NCBI GenBank assembly: GCA_026997055.1
Contig: JALWJU010000424.1
Coordinates: forward strand, 1 to 41,575
Reading direction: 5' to 3'
Length of the DNA: 41,575 nt
Source: Paracoccaceae bacterium
GTDB taxonomy: Bacteria > Pseudomonadota > Alphaproteobacteria > Rhodobacterales > Rhodobacteraceae
Position 1 is the stretch's first letter; every line of letters begins with the position of its first letter. Under the pieces are notes generated by a model that was not told where the DNA came from, did not search any database, and was given only the letters and a program-made list of their open reading frames with translations. The position numbers and the translations under genes are program-made. Below are positions 23,513-32,403 of this stretch, piece after piece.

Positions 23513-24397
23513 TCACAGAACAGCTCCGTCATGACCGCCATCTCGTGTCGCGTAACGAACAACTGTGTCTTGCCCTGGGATTCCAGGAAAGCCCCGGAAG
23601 TTGACCGCGTTGGCAAACTTCGTTGTGCAGGTTTCGAAGGTCTTGTCGCAGCCGGCGGTGATGTTGAAGGTATCGCCCGCGGCGATGGCCAGAACCGGGG
23701 CTTCGAGGAGCGTGACGGTCACGTCGGTCGATCCGACCTCGTGCATCATCACTTCGGCGTCGCGCCCGGCATTGGCGCCGCCGGTCCAGGTCAGCGTGCC
23801 CAGCGCGAACCAGCCGTCGGCGTAAGCCGACAGGCCCGAGACGGTGAACGCACGGTCGCCATCGACCGTCACCACCGCGCCGCTGCCCTTCCAGGCCGGG
23901 TCCGTCAGGTCGACCCCGCAGCGCACATCACCCAGCGCCGCATCGCAACTCGCCTGAAACGTCCGCCCGACGGTCTGGTTGAGGACGTGGGCCAGCGAGC
24001 GCATCTCGGCCACGAACTGCACCCGGCCGCGCCGCACCTGCCCGATGGCGCCACGGCGCATCAGCACTCGCTGGCTGGTGTCCTGCCAGTTCACCCGCCA
24101 GATCTCGACCAGTGCATTGTCCCAGCGCCCGTCGAGAATATCGGTCTCGGTGATGGTGGCCGACGTCAGCACGCCTTCTGCGTCCTGGGCATCGACCGAT
24201 AGGTCCAAGCCCGTGCGAATCTCCGAGGCCGTGAAGCCCGACTCGGGCTCGAACGTGGTGCCATCGAACGTCAGCGGCAGGTCGTGGTCGGTAAAGCCGA
24301 ACACCTGCCCGTCGTTGCGGGTCAGGCGCCAGCACCAGGCCAGCGTCGTGGTGCCAGTGTTGAGATGCACCTGCATGCCGGTGGGGAGGGTTTTCAT
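23513..24397 (-). CDS. Distal tail protein, DUF2163/BR0599 family (RcGTA g13 homologue)
   Basis: The N-terminus MKTLPTGMQVHLNTGTTTLAWCWRLTRNDGQVFGFTDHD is characteristic of this family. Synteny is g12-g13-g14-g15. Confidence 0.75.
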   Translation of the reverse strand: MKTLPTGMQVHLNTGTTTLAWCWRLTRNDGQVFGFTDHDLPLTFDGTTFEPESGFTASEIRTGLDLSVDAQDAEGVLTSATITETDILDGRWDNALVEIWRVNWQDTSQRVLMRRGAIGQVRRGRVQFVAEMRSLAHVLNQTVGRTFQASCDAALGDVRCGVDLTDPAWKGSGAVVTVDGDRAFTVSGLSAYADGWFALGTLTWTGGANAGRDAEVMMHEVGSTDVTVTLLEAPVLAIAAGDTFNITAGCDKTFETCTTKFANAVNFRGFPGIPGQDTVVRYATRDGGHDGAVL

Positions 24398-25020
24398 CGC
24401 CGCACCTCGATCAAGGGAATGGAGGTGATGGAGCCAAGCCGCTCGATATCGAGGGTGACGTCGAGGGTGTCGGTGTCGAAGCGCGCCGGCACATCGAACT
24501 CGAACCCGGCGGTGATCGCAGCACCTGCGGCCGGAGCCGTGGTGAAGCTGACGATGCCTGTGGTGGTGTCGACCGACCAGCCGGAGGTCTGCTCGGTGCC
24601 GTCGATCGCCACCAGAACCGTGCCCGCGACGGGCTTCGTGATCGTGCGGGTCCAGCTTTGCGAGCCGGAACTGTAGACCTTCACCAGCTGGAAGTCGGTC
24701 GTTGCGCCGTCCCCTGTGCCGATGGCCTGATCGATTGCCGCGGGCGTCCCGGACGGCAGGCAGGACTTGTAATCGGCCCAGTCCTTGAACCGGAAGCCGT
24801 GGAGCCGCCCGTTGCGCGCCTCGAAGAAGGCCACGACCGCCGCCAGGTCATCGGCTCGCCGGATGCCGTAGGCGGCATCGTAGCGCCGCCGGCTGTTCGC
24901 CCAGCTGGCGTTGCGCTCCTCGTCGCCCGAGGCGAGCTCGACGATCTGCGTCCGCCGCTCGGGGCCGCCGCGTGCGCCCCGGCTGATATTGTCGGGAAAC
25001 CGCACCTCGTGGAATGCCAT
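24394..25020 (-). CDS. Distal tail protein, DUF2460 family (RcGTA g12 homologue)
   Basis: MAFHEVRFPDNISRGARGGPERRTQIVELASG is the conserved family N-terminus. The gene overlaps the next gene by 4 nt. Confidence 0.75.
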   Translation of the reverse strand: MAFHEVRFPDNISRGARGGPERRTQIVELASGDEERNASWANSRRRYDAAYGIRRADDLAAVVAFFEARNGRLHGFRFKDWADYKSCLPSGTPAAIDQAIGTGDGATTDFQLVKVYSSGSQSWTRTITKPVAGTVLVAIDGTEQTSGWSVDTTTGIVSFTTAPAAGAAITAGFEFDVPARFDTDTLDVTLDIERLGSITSIPLIEVRR

Positions 25021-25023
25021 GGC

Positions 25024-27153
25024 TCAGAGCCCCCTGCGGCCCAGCGACACGGCGCGGGCAATGTCCGCCGCGACCTGGGCGCGGGACTGCTGGAAACTGT
25101 CGGCGGCGCGGGTGTTGATGTTGACGGTGATGTTCGGAGTGCCGCCAACACCTGCGGCTACCTCGCGGCGGCTCAGCACCCGTTCACCCCGCTGGAGGAT
25201 TGCAGGCACCTCGTCAGGGCGCAGGCCGGCCCACCCACCTGCATGCATCCGCGGTGCTCCGGCAAAGGCCGCAGCGGGAACCATTCGGGTGGGCGCCGCG
25301 CCTCCGGCAATGCCACCGGAATGCAGCACCGGCGCGAAGATGCCCCCCAAAGAGCCCAACGCGCCTGACAGGGCATTTGCCAGCGGCCCGAGGATGAACC
25401 GCCGGGCCGAAAGCTTCGCCATGTCGGCCAGCATCGAAGTCACCAACGACCGGAAGTCCAGCTTGCCCGTGCGTACGAACTCCCCGATGGCCTGTTCGGC
25501 GCTGCGGAAGGCTCCGACAAGGCTGTCGCCCAGCCCCTTGCCGAGATCCATCGCTTTTGCCGCGTAGTCCTTGAGCGAACTCGCAGCCATCTCCCAGGCG
25601 GACTTCGCCACCTCGGCCGCCTTGTTGGCGGCGCTGCCTGCCCGGGCGACACTTGTGGCCAACCGGGAGGCCGCGCCGCTGGTGCGCTCCAATGCCTCGG
25701 TGCCATCCTCCCCCGCTCGCTTCATAGCTTCGCGCAGGGCGGCCATGGAGTCGAGCGGCCGGGAGATGCTGCCCGCAAGGATATCCGCCTGGTCGCCCAG
25801 GTTGCCGGCGTAGAAGCGGAACTCGTCCGCCGTCTTGCGCAGCTGGTCCACGGCCTGGCCGGCAAACGCGGCGTCCAGCCCGATCGCCATGGCGACATCC
25901 TTCATGCCGGGCACCTTGAAGAGCCCGTTGGAGATCACCTTGAGAAACCGCGCCCACTTGTCCTGCATCGCCGCGAGCGCGTCGAACCAGGCGGCCTTGA
26001 GACGGTTGCCAACCGCCCGCATGCGCAGAACGATGCTCCAGGCGCCATCGCCGATGCGGGTCCAGACCTCGACCGCCACGTCCTTGAGCAACCCGAGTGC
26101 GGCGCCGAACCCGCCTGCGCCCTTCACGAGGCGCCCGAACCAGTAGATCAGTTCTCCCGCGCCGACGATCAGCGCGCCGATGCCGGTGCGGATGATGGCC
26201 GCACGCAGGACCTTCATCGACAGCGCCAGTCTGCCGACGCCCAGCGCGGCGGCGGTGAGCGAGGCGACGAGGCGCACGACCAGGACACCGGCAAAGGTTG
26301 CGGCGATGGTCGTCAGTTCTCCGATATGGTTGAATAGCCCCCTGATCGCGCGCCCAAGCGGACCGATCGTCTTGCCAATGGCGGCAAAGGCATCCGCCAT
26401 CGCCTCGAGCGCCGGGGCGGCCGTCACGGCCAGCTGGTTGGCAATGCCGCGCCACAACAGACCGATGCGCGAGAGCGCATCGTTGGTGCGCTGGATCTGC
26501 GCCGCGTCCTGTTCGGAGACTGCCACCCCGAAATCCGTCACGTCCTTCGTGGCCTGCCGCAAGGTGGCGCTGTCGATGCGCGAGAAGATCAGCCCGGCCC
26601 GTGCCCCGAAGATCTGCGAGGCGACCGCGGCGCGTTCGGCAGCGGGGATGTATAGCTGGATGGCGTCCTGAATGGTGGCGAGCTTCTCGTCGATCGGTAG
26701 CCTGGCGAGATCGGCAGCCGACAGGTGCAACTGCTCGAGCGCCTTCACCGCCGGCCCTGTCCCCTGCGCCGCCTGGGACAGGCTCTTGGTCATCATGATG
26801 GTGGCCTGCTCGACCTCGCCCTGCGAGACGCCGGCCAGCTCCGCCGCGCGCGCCAGCACCTGCAGGCTTGCGGTCGTGGTTCCCAGCGAGGCGGCGAGTT
26901 TGGCCTGCTCGTCGAGCACCTCCAGCCCGGAGCGGACCATGGCAACACCGGCTGAGACGGCCGCCGCAGCCATGATCCCGGCGGCGATCTTCGCGCGCCG
27001 GGCGAACCTGGCCAACTTCGCATTGGCGATCTCCATTTCGCGCGCGGCCCTGCCGAAGCCGCGCTTGCCCGCCTCACCGATGCCCTCGAGCTCGGCCCGC
27101 ACCTGCTTGCCGCCCACCGCGGCGAGGCGGACGCTAACCCTCTTCTCAACCAT
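25024..27153 (-). CDS. Tail tape measure protein (709 aa)
   Basis: Long Ala/Gly-rich, helical, low-complexity protein with internal hydrophobic segments, positioned between the chaperones and the distal tail genes. Confidence 0.8.
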   Translation of the reverse strand: MVEKRVSVRLAAVGGKQVRAELEGIGEAGKRGFGRAAREMEIANAKLARFARRAKIAAGIMAAAAVSAGVAMVRSGLEVLDEQAKLAASLGTTTASLQVLARAAELAGVSQGEVEQATIMMTKSLSQAAQGTGPAVKALEQLHLSAADLARLPIDEKLATIQDAIQLYIPAAERAAVASQIFGARAGLIFSRIDSATLRQATKDVTDFGVAVSEQDAAQIQRTNDALSRIGLLWRGIANQLAVTAAPALEAMADAFAAIGKTIGPLGRAIRGLFNHIGELTTIAATFAGVLVVRLVASLTAAALGVGRLALSMKVLRAAIIRTGIGALIVGAGELIYWFGRLVKGAGGFGAALGLLKDVAVEVWTRIGDGAWSIVLRMRAVGNRLKAAWFDALAAMQDKWARFLKVISNGLFKVPGMKDVAMAIGLDAAFAGQAVDQLRKTADEFRFYAGNLGDQADILAGSISRPLDSMAALREAMKRAGEDGTEALERTSGAASRLATSVARAGSAANKAAEVAKSAWEMAASSLKDYAAKAMDLGKGLGDSLVGAFRSAEQAIGEFVRTGKLDFRSLVTSMLADMAKLSARRFILGPLANALSGALGSLGGIFAPVLHSGGIAGGAAPTRMVPAAAFAGAPRMHAGGWAGLRPDEVPAILQRGERVLSRREVAAGVGGTPNITVNINTRAADSFQQSRAQVAADIARAVSLGRRGL

Positions 27154-27367
27154 GGTCCTGTTCCAATCGTTCGTTGAGCTTGGCGACCATCACCGCCTCG
27201 ATCGCTGGCAAAAGTTCGGCCACCGCCACCCCTGGCACGCCCAGCGCCCGCGCCAATGCCTGCGCCGAACCCATGTCCCAGCCGACGATCCCGCCCGACG
27301 GGGCCACGCGCAACTGGCCGCCGAGCCGCCCCACAAGATCCCAGACCTGCACGCCCTCCAAGGTCAA
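27146..27367 (-). CDS. Tail assembly chaperone, T-like segment; probably expressed as the -1 frameshift extension of the upstream G-like gene
   Basis: Only a TTG start is available. Its reading frame is open upstream all the way to the slippery site at 27469-27475, and it is the -1 frame relative to 27376..27813. Confidence 0.6.
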   Translation of the reverse strand: MTLEGVQVWDLVGRLGGQLRVAPSGGIVGWDMGSAQALARALGVPGVAVAELLPAIEAVMVAKLNERLEQDHG

Positions 27368-27375
27368 CGGTGCAT

Positions 27376-27813
27376 TCAGCCTTTGCGGGCAGTCCGGGCA
27401 GGTTTGCGGGCAGGCTTCGCAGTATCTGTCGCCCCCACCGAAGACCCATTCGGCAAGGGCGATGAGGCGTTTTTTTCCTGTTCCAGCAGGAGGCCCTTTG
27501 CAACATAGCCGGTCTGGAATGCCTCGAAGAGCGGCCAGAGGTCCAGAAGTGCGTCGATGGCTTCCCGGCTGACGGGGATGGAGTTGCCCTCGGCATCCCC
27601 CACGCCCTCCCAGTCAAGGATCGCGACCCGGGCCAGCGCCTTTGCGAACGCCAGTGCGCTTTCCTCGTCGCCGGCCTCCTCGCCCAGCGCCTGCACCGCC
27701 GGGTCGCCCCGAGCCGCCACCATCAGCGCGGTGGTCAGGGGGCGCAGGTGCACCCGCACCCTATGGCCTAGGTCCATCCACGCGGGTTCATTGGAGAGAT
27801 CGAGTTTCAGCAT
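27376..27813 (-). CDS. Tail assembly chaperone, G-like
   Basis: Starts at ATG 27813 (MLKLDLSNEPAWMDL...), directly after the tail tube gene and before the tape measure. It contains the A_AAA_AAC slippery heptamer. The ORF-track extension to 27957 overlaps the tube gene. Confidence 0.6.
   Translation of the reverse strand: MLKLDLSNEPAWMDLGHRVRVHLRPLTTALMVAARGDPAVQALGEEAGDEESALAFAKALARVAILDWEGVGDAEGNSIPVSREAIDALLDLWPLFEAFQTGYVAKGLLLEQEKNASSPLPNGSSVGATDTAKPARKPARTARKG
27430..27475 (-). promoter_or_regulatory. Programmed -1 ribosomal frameshift signal: slippery heptamer plus downstream hairpin
   Basis: The mRNA reads GAA AAA AAC, giving the heptamer A_AAA_AAC at 27475-27469. After a 7-nt spacer comes the stem-loop CGCCC-UU-GCCGAA-UGGGUC-UUCGGU-GG-GGGCG (27461-27430). 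Confidence 0.55.
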
Positions 27814-27814
27814 G

Positions 27815-28753
27815 TCAGTAGCTCGCCACCTGGTTCTTGAGGACGATTGTGCACATCTGCCCGGCCACGGAGTCATAGGCCGCCTGCCAGTCGAAACTGG
27901 CCTGGATGCCCTGCGGTCCCTGGATTTCCACCCGGGGTCGCGGGAGATAGACCGCATGCGCAGTGATGGTCAGGCTCACATTGGCCGAGATCACCCATGA
28001 GAATTCCAGCTCGGCCGACGTCCCGTTCAGCGCCTGGGTCATCAGGGTATTGTCGGCAAAGCGCACATCGATCTTGCCGGTGAGCGCGGCAATGGAAGGG
28101 TCAGCCCCGTCGATCCGGCCATCGTTGCGGATGGTCTCGATGCGCTCGACATTGTTGGCATAGGTCAGATCGGCCGAGACGATATTTCCCAGCGCCGTGC
28201 CGTTCCGCTTGATCGCCCCGTTGAAGTGGCCGAACCGCTGCAGGGCATAACCCGTGGGCGTTCCGGCTGCCGTGGACGTGGCGACATTCTCGCCTTGCGC
28301 CACCAGCTTGACGTCCGCCGTCAGCAGGCCGGAGCGCTGCATCTGCAGGCTCAGCTGATCGAGCACGCAGCCCGTGTACATGGCGAAGCGCGGGATCTCC
28401 GGCATCGCCACCTCGATGGCCATGCTCGGGAGCGACCAAGACCCCGACTTGAACGTATGCGTCTTGTTGGTGGTCCCCGTGGTGGTGGGATTGCCGAACG
28501 CGGCCTTCAGCCAGAAGCCGAAGGCCTCGGCGTCGAGCGGCACGGTGATGTCGCCGTCCGCCGTCACCGCGTCCTTGATCGGCGCCAGCGGATCGCGGCC
28601 ATAACCCAGCAGTTCCGAGGCCAGCAGCGGCTGCTCGGCCCCCAGCGAGGCGCTGGCGAAAGGCATCTGCATGAAGCCGCTGGTGGGTGCGGTGCCGTAA
28701 GTCGTCTCGAACGCGGCCGCGAGTTGCGACCGCGCGCCTTGAGCGCGGGGCAT
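27815..28753 (-). CDS. Major tail (tube) protein, putative
   Basis: 312-aa protein immediately upstream of the G/GT chaperones, the canonical position of the tube gene. No motif-level support. Confidence 0.5.
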   Translation of the reverse strand: MPRAQGARSQLAAAFETTYGTAPTSGFMQMPFASASLGAEQPLLASELLGYGRDPLAPIKDAVTADGDITVPLDAEAFGFWLKAAFGNPTTTGTTNKTHTFKSGSWSLPSMAIEVAMPEIPRFAMYTGCVLDQLSLQMQRSGLLTADVKLVAQGENVATSTAAGTPTGYALQRFGHFNGAIKRNGTALGNIVSADLTYANNVERIETIRNDGRIDGADPSIAALTGKIDVRFADNTLMTQALNGTSAELEFSWVISANVSLTITAHAVYLPRPRVEIQGPQGIQASFDWQAAYDSVAGQMCTIVLKNQVASY

Positions 28754-28780
28754 GGATCTGTCCTTTCGGTTATGGAGTAA

Positions 28781-29215
28781 TCAGGCCAGGGGATCGGCCG
28801 TGGTGTAGTGCAGGATCACCGGGATGACGGCGGCCTTCAGCGTCGGCCCGCCCTCGACGGGAAGATCGACCGGCCGCGGCGCTTCCGCCTCGACCCAGTC
28901 GCACACGCCCCCCAGCGTGCGGTTGGCAGCGAGGGCCGCGCCGATGCCGGCGGTCAGCGTATCGAAGGCACCGTCACGGTCGGCGCCCTGCACTACCGCC
29001 TCGATCTCGGCGCGGTGCTGGTAATGGTACGCGAGCGGCGACAGCGTCACTTCGGGTTCGCCCGGCTCGCCATCGCGCAGGATCAAGAGGCCGCCGCTCG
29101 GCACGCGTTCCGGCAGCACCTCGCCGCGCAGGACGGTGGCGGGCACGGTTTGCAGGGCCGCCAGCAGCGCCTGCAGGATGGACTCGCGAGGGGTGGGCAT
29201 GGATGGTTGCCACAA
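28781..29215 (-). CDS. Tail terminator / tail completion protein (gpU/DUF3168-like), putative
   Basis: 144-aa protein upstream of the tube gene, assigned by position and size. An alternative start exists at ATG 29200. Confidence 0.4.
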   Translation of the reverse strand: MWQPSMPTPRESILQALLAALQTVPATVLRGEVLPERVPSGGLLILRDGEPGEPEVTLSPLAYHYQHRAEIEAVVQGADRDGAFDTLTAGIGAALAANRTLGGVCDWVEAEAPRPVDLPVEGGPTLKAAVIPVILHYTTADPLA

Positions 29216-29224
29216 GCGTGGTTA

Positions 29225-29265
29225 TTGAATTGATAGTGCCTTGAGGCTATATAGCTTTCAAGGCA
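29225..29265 (+). promoter_or_regulatory. Promoter with overlapping palindromic operator for the toxin-antitoxin pair
   Basis: TTGAAT (29225-29230), a 17-nt spacer, then TATATA (29248-29253). The near-perfect dyad TGCCTTGA-GGCTAT|ATAGCT-T-TCAAGGCA (29237-29265) is centred on the -10 element. GAGG lies 6 nt before ATG 29276. Confidence 0.5.
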
Positions 29266-29275
29266 TGAGGACCGA

Positions 29276-29629
29276 ATGCCCTGGACCGTTTTCTTCGCCG
29301 ACGAGTTCGAACCCGAATTCGACGCGCTCGACGAGGCGGTGCAGGACGCGATCCTTGCCCGGGTGCTGCTTCTCGAACGCGAGGGGCCATCGCTCGGGCG
29401 GCCGCATGCCGACGCCCTGACCGGGTCTCGCCATGCAAACATGAAGGAACTGCGCTGCAATGCCGCCGGTGGCGTGTGGCGCATCGCCTTCGCGTTCGAC
29501 CCCGACCGGCAGGCGATCCTGCTTGTGGGCGGGGACAAGTCGGGTGGCAGCGAGAAGCGCTTCTACAAGCGGCTGATCGCCCGTGCCGACGAACGGTTCG
29601 ACCGCCATCTGGCGAAGAGGAAAGGATGA
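29276..29629 (+). CDS. Type II toxin, RelE/ParE superfamily (HigB / Gp49-like)
   Basis: 117-aa protein with the toxin-first arrangement. The motif-like region ELRCNAAGGVWRIAFAFDPDRQAILLVGGDKSG is typical of Gp49/HigB-type toxins. The stop overlaps the antitoxin start (ATGA at 29626-29629). Confidence 0.7.
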   Translation: MPWTVFFADEFEPEFDALDEAVQDAILARVLLLEREGPSLGRPHADALTGSRHANMKELRCNAAGGVWRIAFAFDPDRQAILLVGGDKSGGSEKRFYKRLIARADERFDRHLAKRKG

Positions 29630-30009
29630 CGACCATGGCAAGGAGCCTTCAGGAAAAGCTGGCGACTCTTCCCCCCGAGCGCCGCGGACGCATCGAAGCC
29701 GAGGCAGATCGCCTGCACGGCGAGTATCTGACGCTCAGGGAACTGCGCAAGGCCAGGGAACTGACCCAGGTGCAGCTTGCCAGAACGCTCGGCGTCCAGC
29801 AGGCGACCGTGGCGAAATACGAGCGCCAGAGCGATCTTCTGCTTTCGACGCTCCGCAGCTACGTGCGCGCCATGGGTGGCAATCTGAAGCTGATGGTCGA
29901 GTTTCCCGGCAAGGAACCGGTGAGCCTGGAAGGGCTTGGCGAGACCGAGGAACCGCGACGCAAGGGACGGAGCAACACGAAACCGGCCGGGAACGAAGCG
30001 AGCGCCTGA
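29626..30009 (+). CDS. Antitoxin, XRE-family helix-turn-helix (HigA-like)
   Basis: LRELRKARELTQVQLARTLGVQQATVAKYERQSD is a classic HTH_3 motif. The gene is translationally coupled to the toxin gene. Confidence 0.8.
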   Translation: MTTMARSLQEKLATLPPERRGRIEAEADRLHGEYLTLRELRKARELTQVQLARTLGVQQATVAKYERQSDLLLSTLRSYVRAMGGNLKLMVEFPGKEPVSLEGLGETEEPRRKGRSNTKPAGNEASA

Positions 30010-30020
30010 AGGCCGGGGTT

Positions 30021-30641
30021 TCAGTTCCCCCACCTCTCCACCACCAGCCGCGGCACCTTGCCGGCCACCCGCTCCGCGTCCCGCGCCAGATCCAGCCGCT
30101 TGCGCAGCCTGACCTGCGGGACCAGCAGGAAGATCGGCACCGTGGCGCGTCCGCGGCCGGTTTTCGAGCGCGACGCCACCCCAAGTCCCCGGCTGTTCAG
30201 CCGCCCATCGGCCACCAGCATGGATGGCCCGCGCCGGCGGTAGACGAAGCGCAGGCGCATGCCGCGCCGCTTTTCCCATTCGCCGGGCGTCAACCGCGCC
30301 CCTCCACGCCCCTTTCCGGCGGCGGGCAGCGGGATTGCCAGCCAGAAGCCCACCTCCGAGCGGATCAGCACGCCACGAGCATGGGCCGAGACGATCTCGG
30401 GGGCGTTCGACCAGACGAAGGCCGCCGCATCGAGACTGTCGGTGTGCTGCGGATAGGTGCGGTTGCGGATGGTGCGCGGCAGGCGGTGGCCGAGCCCTGC
30501 GCCGGTGATCTGCCGGCGCCAGGCCTGCTTCAGTTCACCCCCGGCCTCGGCCATCGCCGCCTTCACGGCCCGCTCGCCGGCCCTGACCTCTTCCTGCAGC
30601 ATGGCGACCAGATCAGGCTCGAAGTCGATCTTCAGCTTCAT
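30021..30641 (-). CDS. Phage head-tail connector / neck protein, hypothetical
   Basis: 206-aa ORF between the head-tail adaptor and the tail genes, overlapping the upstream gene by 4 nt. Assigned by position only. Confidence 0.4.
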   Translation of the reverse strand: MKLKIDFEPDLVAMLQEEVRAGERAVKAAMAEAGGELKQAWRRQITGAGLGHRLPRTIRNRTYPQHTDSLDAAAFVWSNAPEIVSAHARGVLIRSEVGFWLAIPLPAAGKGRGGARLTPGEWEKRRGMRLRFVYRRRGPSMLVADGRLNSRGLGVASRSKTGRGRATVPIFLLVPQVRLRKRLDLARDAERVAGKVPRLVVERWGN

Positions 30642-30949
30642 GCCGGCACCAGTTCCAGGGTCCAGATCAGCCGATCCCGGTCCCGCTTCGGCTCGCCCTG
30701 GATCACGAAGTTCTCGACATCAATGCTGATGCCGTCACCCGGTTTCGGGTTCGGCATCTCGGATGTCCGCACATCGACCAGCGTGGTTTCCGACAGGATC
30801 TGCGCCGACCCGAAGCTTGTGACCTCGTCCGGCGCCTTGCGGATCACGCGGACAGGCTGCGGCGCCCCGCCCACCGGATACCAGGTGGCATCCACCGCCA
30901 TGTTGATATCCGCGAAGATCGCATCCATAGCGGCGGCAAAGGCGTTCAT
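30638..30949 (-). CDS. Head-tail joining/adaptor protein, putative
   Basis: 103-aa ORF immediately after the major capsid gene, with its start abutting the capsid stop. Assigned by position only. Confidence 0.45.
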   Translation of the reverse strand: MNAFAAAMDAIFADINMAVDATWYPVGGAPQPVRVIRKAPDEVTSFGSAQILSETTLVDVRTSEMPNPKPGDGISIDVENFVIQGEPKRDRDRLIWTLELVPA

Positions 30950-31968
30950 CAGTTCGAGGAGAACAGCCGCACGGCGAGTGCCGGGCGCTTGTTGACCGGC
31001 AGGATCGAGGCCTCGGTGAGAAGGTCGATCCCGTCGCCGCGCTCGCGCGTCATCTGGCGGGCGTAAAGCGGCAGCCCCACCGTGTTGGCGGTCTCGATCA
31101 GGTTGGCCGGCGCGCCGTAGGTGGTGAAGGTGTCGATCGTGCCCATCGGGAAGGCAATGCCCTCGCCGGCCGGGATCAGCCGCTCGGTCGTGCCGTTCGA
31201 GAGCGTGACGGAGGCGTTGTATTCCTCGAACAGGATGCCGGCGAAGGGGAAGGCCCGGCGCATGTCTTCGCGGAGCGGCTGGGCACCGGAAGCGTAATAC
31301 TGATACGCCGTCTCCACGGTGGCATGCCCGATCAGCTTGTCGAAGAACTCAGGGGATACCAGGGCGCGCACCCCGGTCATGGTCTCGCCCTTGAGTTCCG
31401 TCTCGATCTGGCGCAGCACCGCGCGGACCTTCTGTTGCACCTTGGTGCCGGCGGTGCCGAGGACGAAGTCGGTTTCCTGCCGGGTGATGCCGAACTCGGT
31501 GAAATAGTCGTAGAGCGTGGTGCCAGCGCCGTCCTTGACGATGCCCCTGAGCGCATTGATCTCCATGTATTCCCGGGTCTGGGCGTGCTTGTTGCGCATC
31601 AAGGTCAGCTTGCGGGTCATGACCGCAACCAATGGGTCGGCATCGTTGCCGGACCCGATCGCCCGCACGCCCTGGATGTCGGCGGGCAGGATCACGTCGT
31701 TGTGCGGGATCCACGGCACCGCGAAGGAGCGCATGGTGCGCCCCTCGCGGGTGCCGACGGTGGCGGGGGCGCCAAGGGGAACGGACGGCAGGAGCGACAG
31801 CACCCCCTCGCGGGCCTCGATCACGACGGTCCTTTGCGTGATCCCTTCGAAGCGGAACAGGCCGAGTTGCCCCAGGCGGGTGTAGATGTTGGGCAGGATG
31901 TTGATGGCGCGGGTCATCTCGGCAAGCGAGTAACCGCCCGCGTCGAACGGGTTGATGATGGCAGGCAT
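30949..31968 (-). CDS. Major capsid protein, lambda gpE family
   Basis: 339 aa. The N-terminus MPAIINPFDAGGYSLAEMTRAINILPNIYTRLGQLGLF resembles Phage_cap_E proteins. It follows a gpD-like decoration gene. Confidence 0.85.
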   Translation of the reverse strand: MPAIINPFDAGGYSLAEMTRAINILPNIYTRLGQLGLFRFEGITQRTVVIEAREGVLSLLPSVPLGAPATVGTREGRTMRSFAVPWIPHNDVILPADIQGVRAIGSGNDADPLVAVMTRKLTLMRNKHAQTREYMEINALRGIVKDGAGTTLYDYFTEFGITRQETDFVLGTAGTKVQQKVRAVLRQIETELKGETMTGVRALVSPEFFDKLIGHATVETAYQYYASGAQPLREDMRRAFPFAGILFEEYNASVTLSNGTTERLIPAGEGIAFPMGTIDTFTTYGAPANLIETANTVGLPLYARQMTRERGDGIDLLTEASILPVNKRPALAVRLFSSN

Positions 31969-32007
31969 CAGAATGTCTCCGGGTGGGGGGATCAGTTGGG
32001 CGAGGGA

Positions 32008-32388
32008 TCAGGCCGCATCGCGCGGCACGATCCCGGCAGCGGCCAGCTGGCCTTCCTTGGCGGCGATCTTGGCGGCGGTGCCGACGGTGGCGTCATAGTT
32101 GAGCTGCGCCTTCGAGACGATCGCGGGGCCGCGCGCGACGATCAGGCCGACGGCATCGGCGGCGGTGGCATCGACGGCCTCGATCAGCACCGCGACGGCG
32201 ACCTCGGACCCGTCGGTGCCGGTATCGGGCGAGAGCTTGTACTTGCCGGAGGCGGTGATCTTTCCGAGCACGGCGCCGAGGGGATAGTCGGTGCCGGCCA
32301 GCAGGGTGACGGTCTCGCGGCAGTAATCGGGATTGGCCTCGTACTTGAGAAGATCGCCCATGGAGGGCGGCTGGGTTAGAACGGGCAT
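32008..32388 (-). CDS. Head decoration protein, lambda gpD-like
   Basis: 126 aa, located between the protease/scaffold and the gpE-like capsid gene. The sequence LLKYEANPDYCRETVTLLAGTDYPLGAVLGKIT is typical of decoration-protein-D family members. Confidence 0.75.
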   Translation of the reverse strand: MPVLTQPPSMGDLLKYEANPDYCRETVTLLAGTDYPLGAVLGKITASGKYKLSPDTGTDGSEVAVAVLIEAVDATAADAVGLIVARGPAIVSKAQLNYDATVGTAAKIAAKEGQLAAAGIVPRDAA

Positions 32389-32403
32389 GGTGAAGGTCCT
32401 TCA

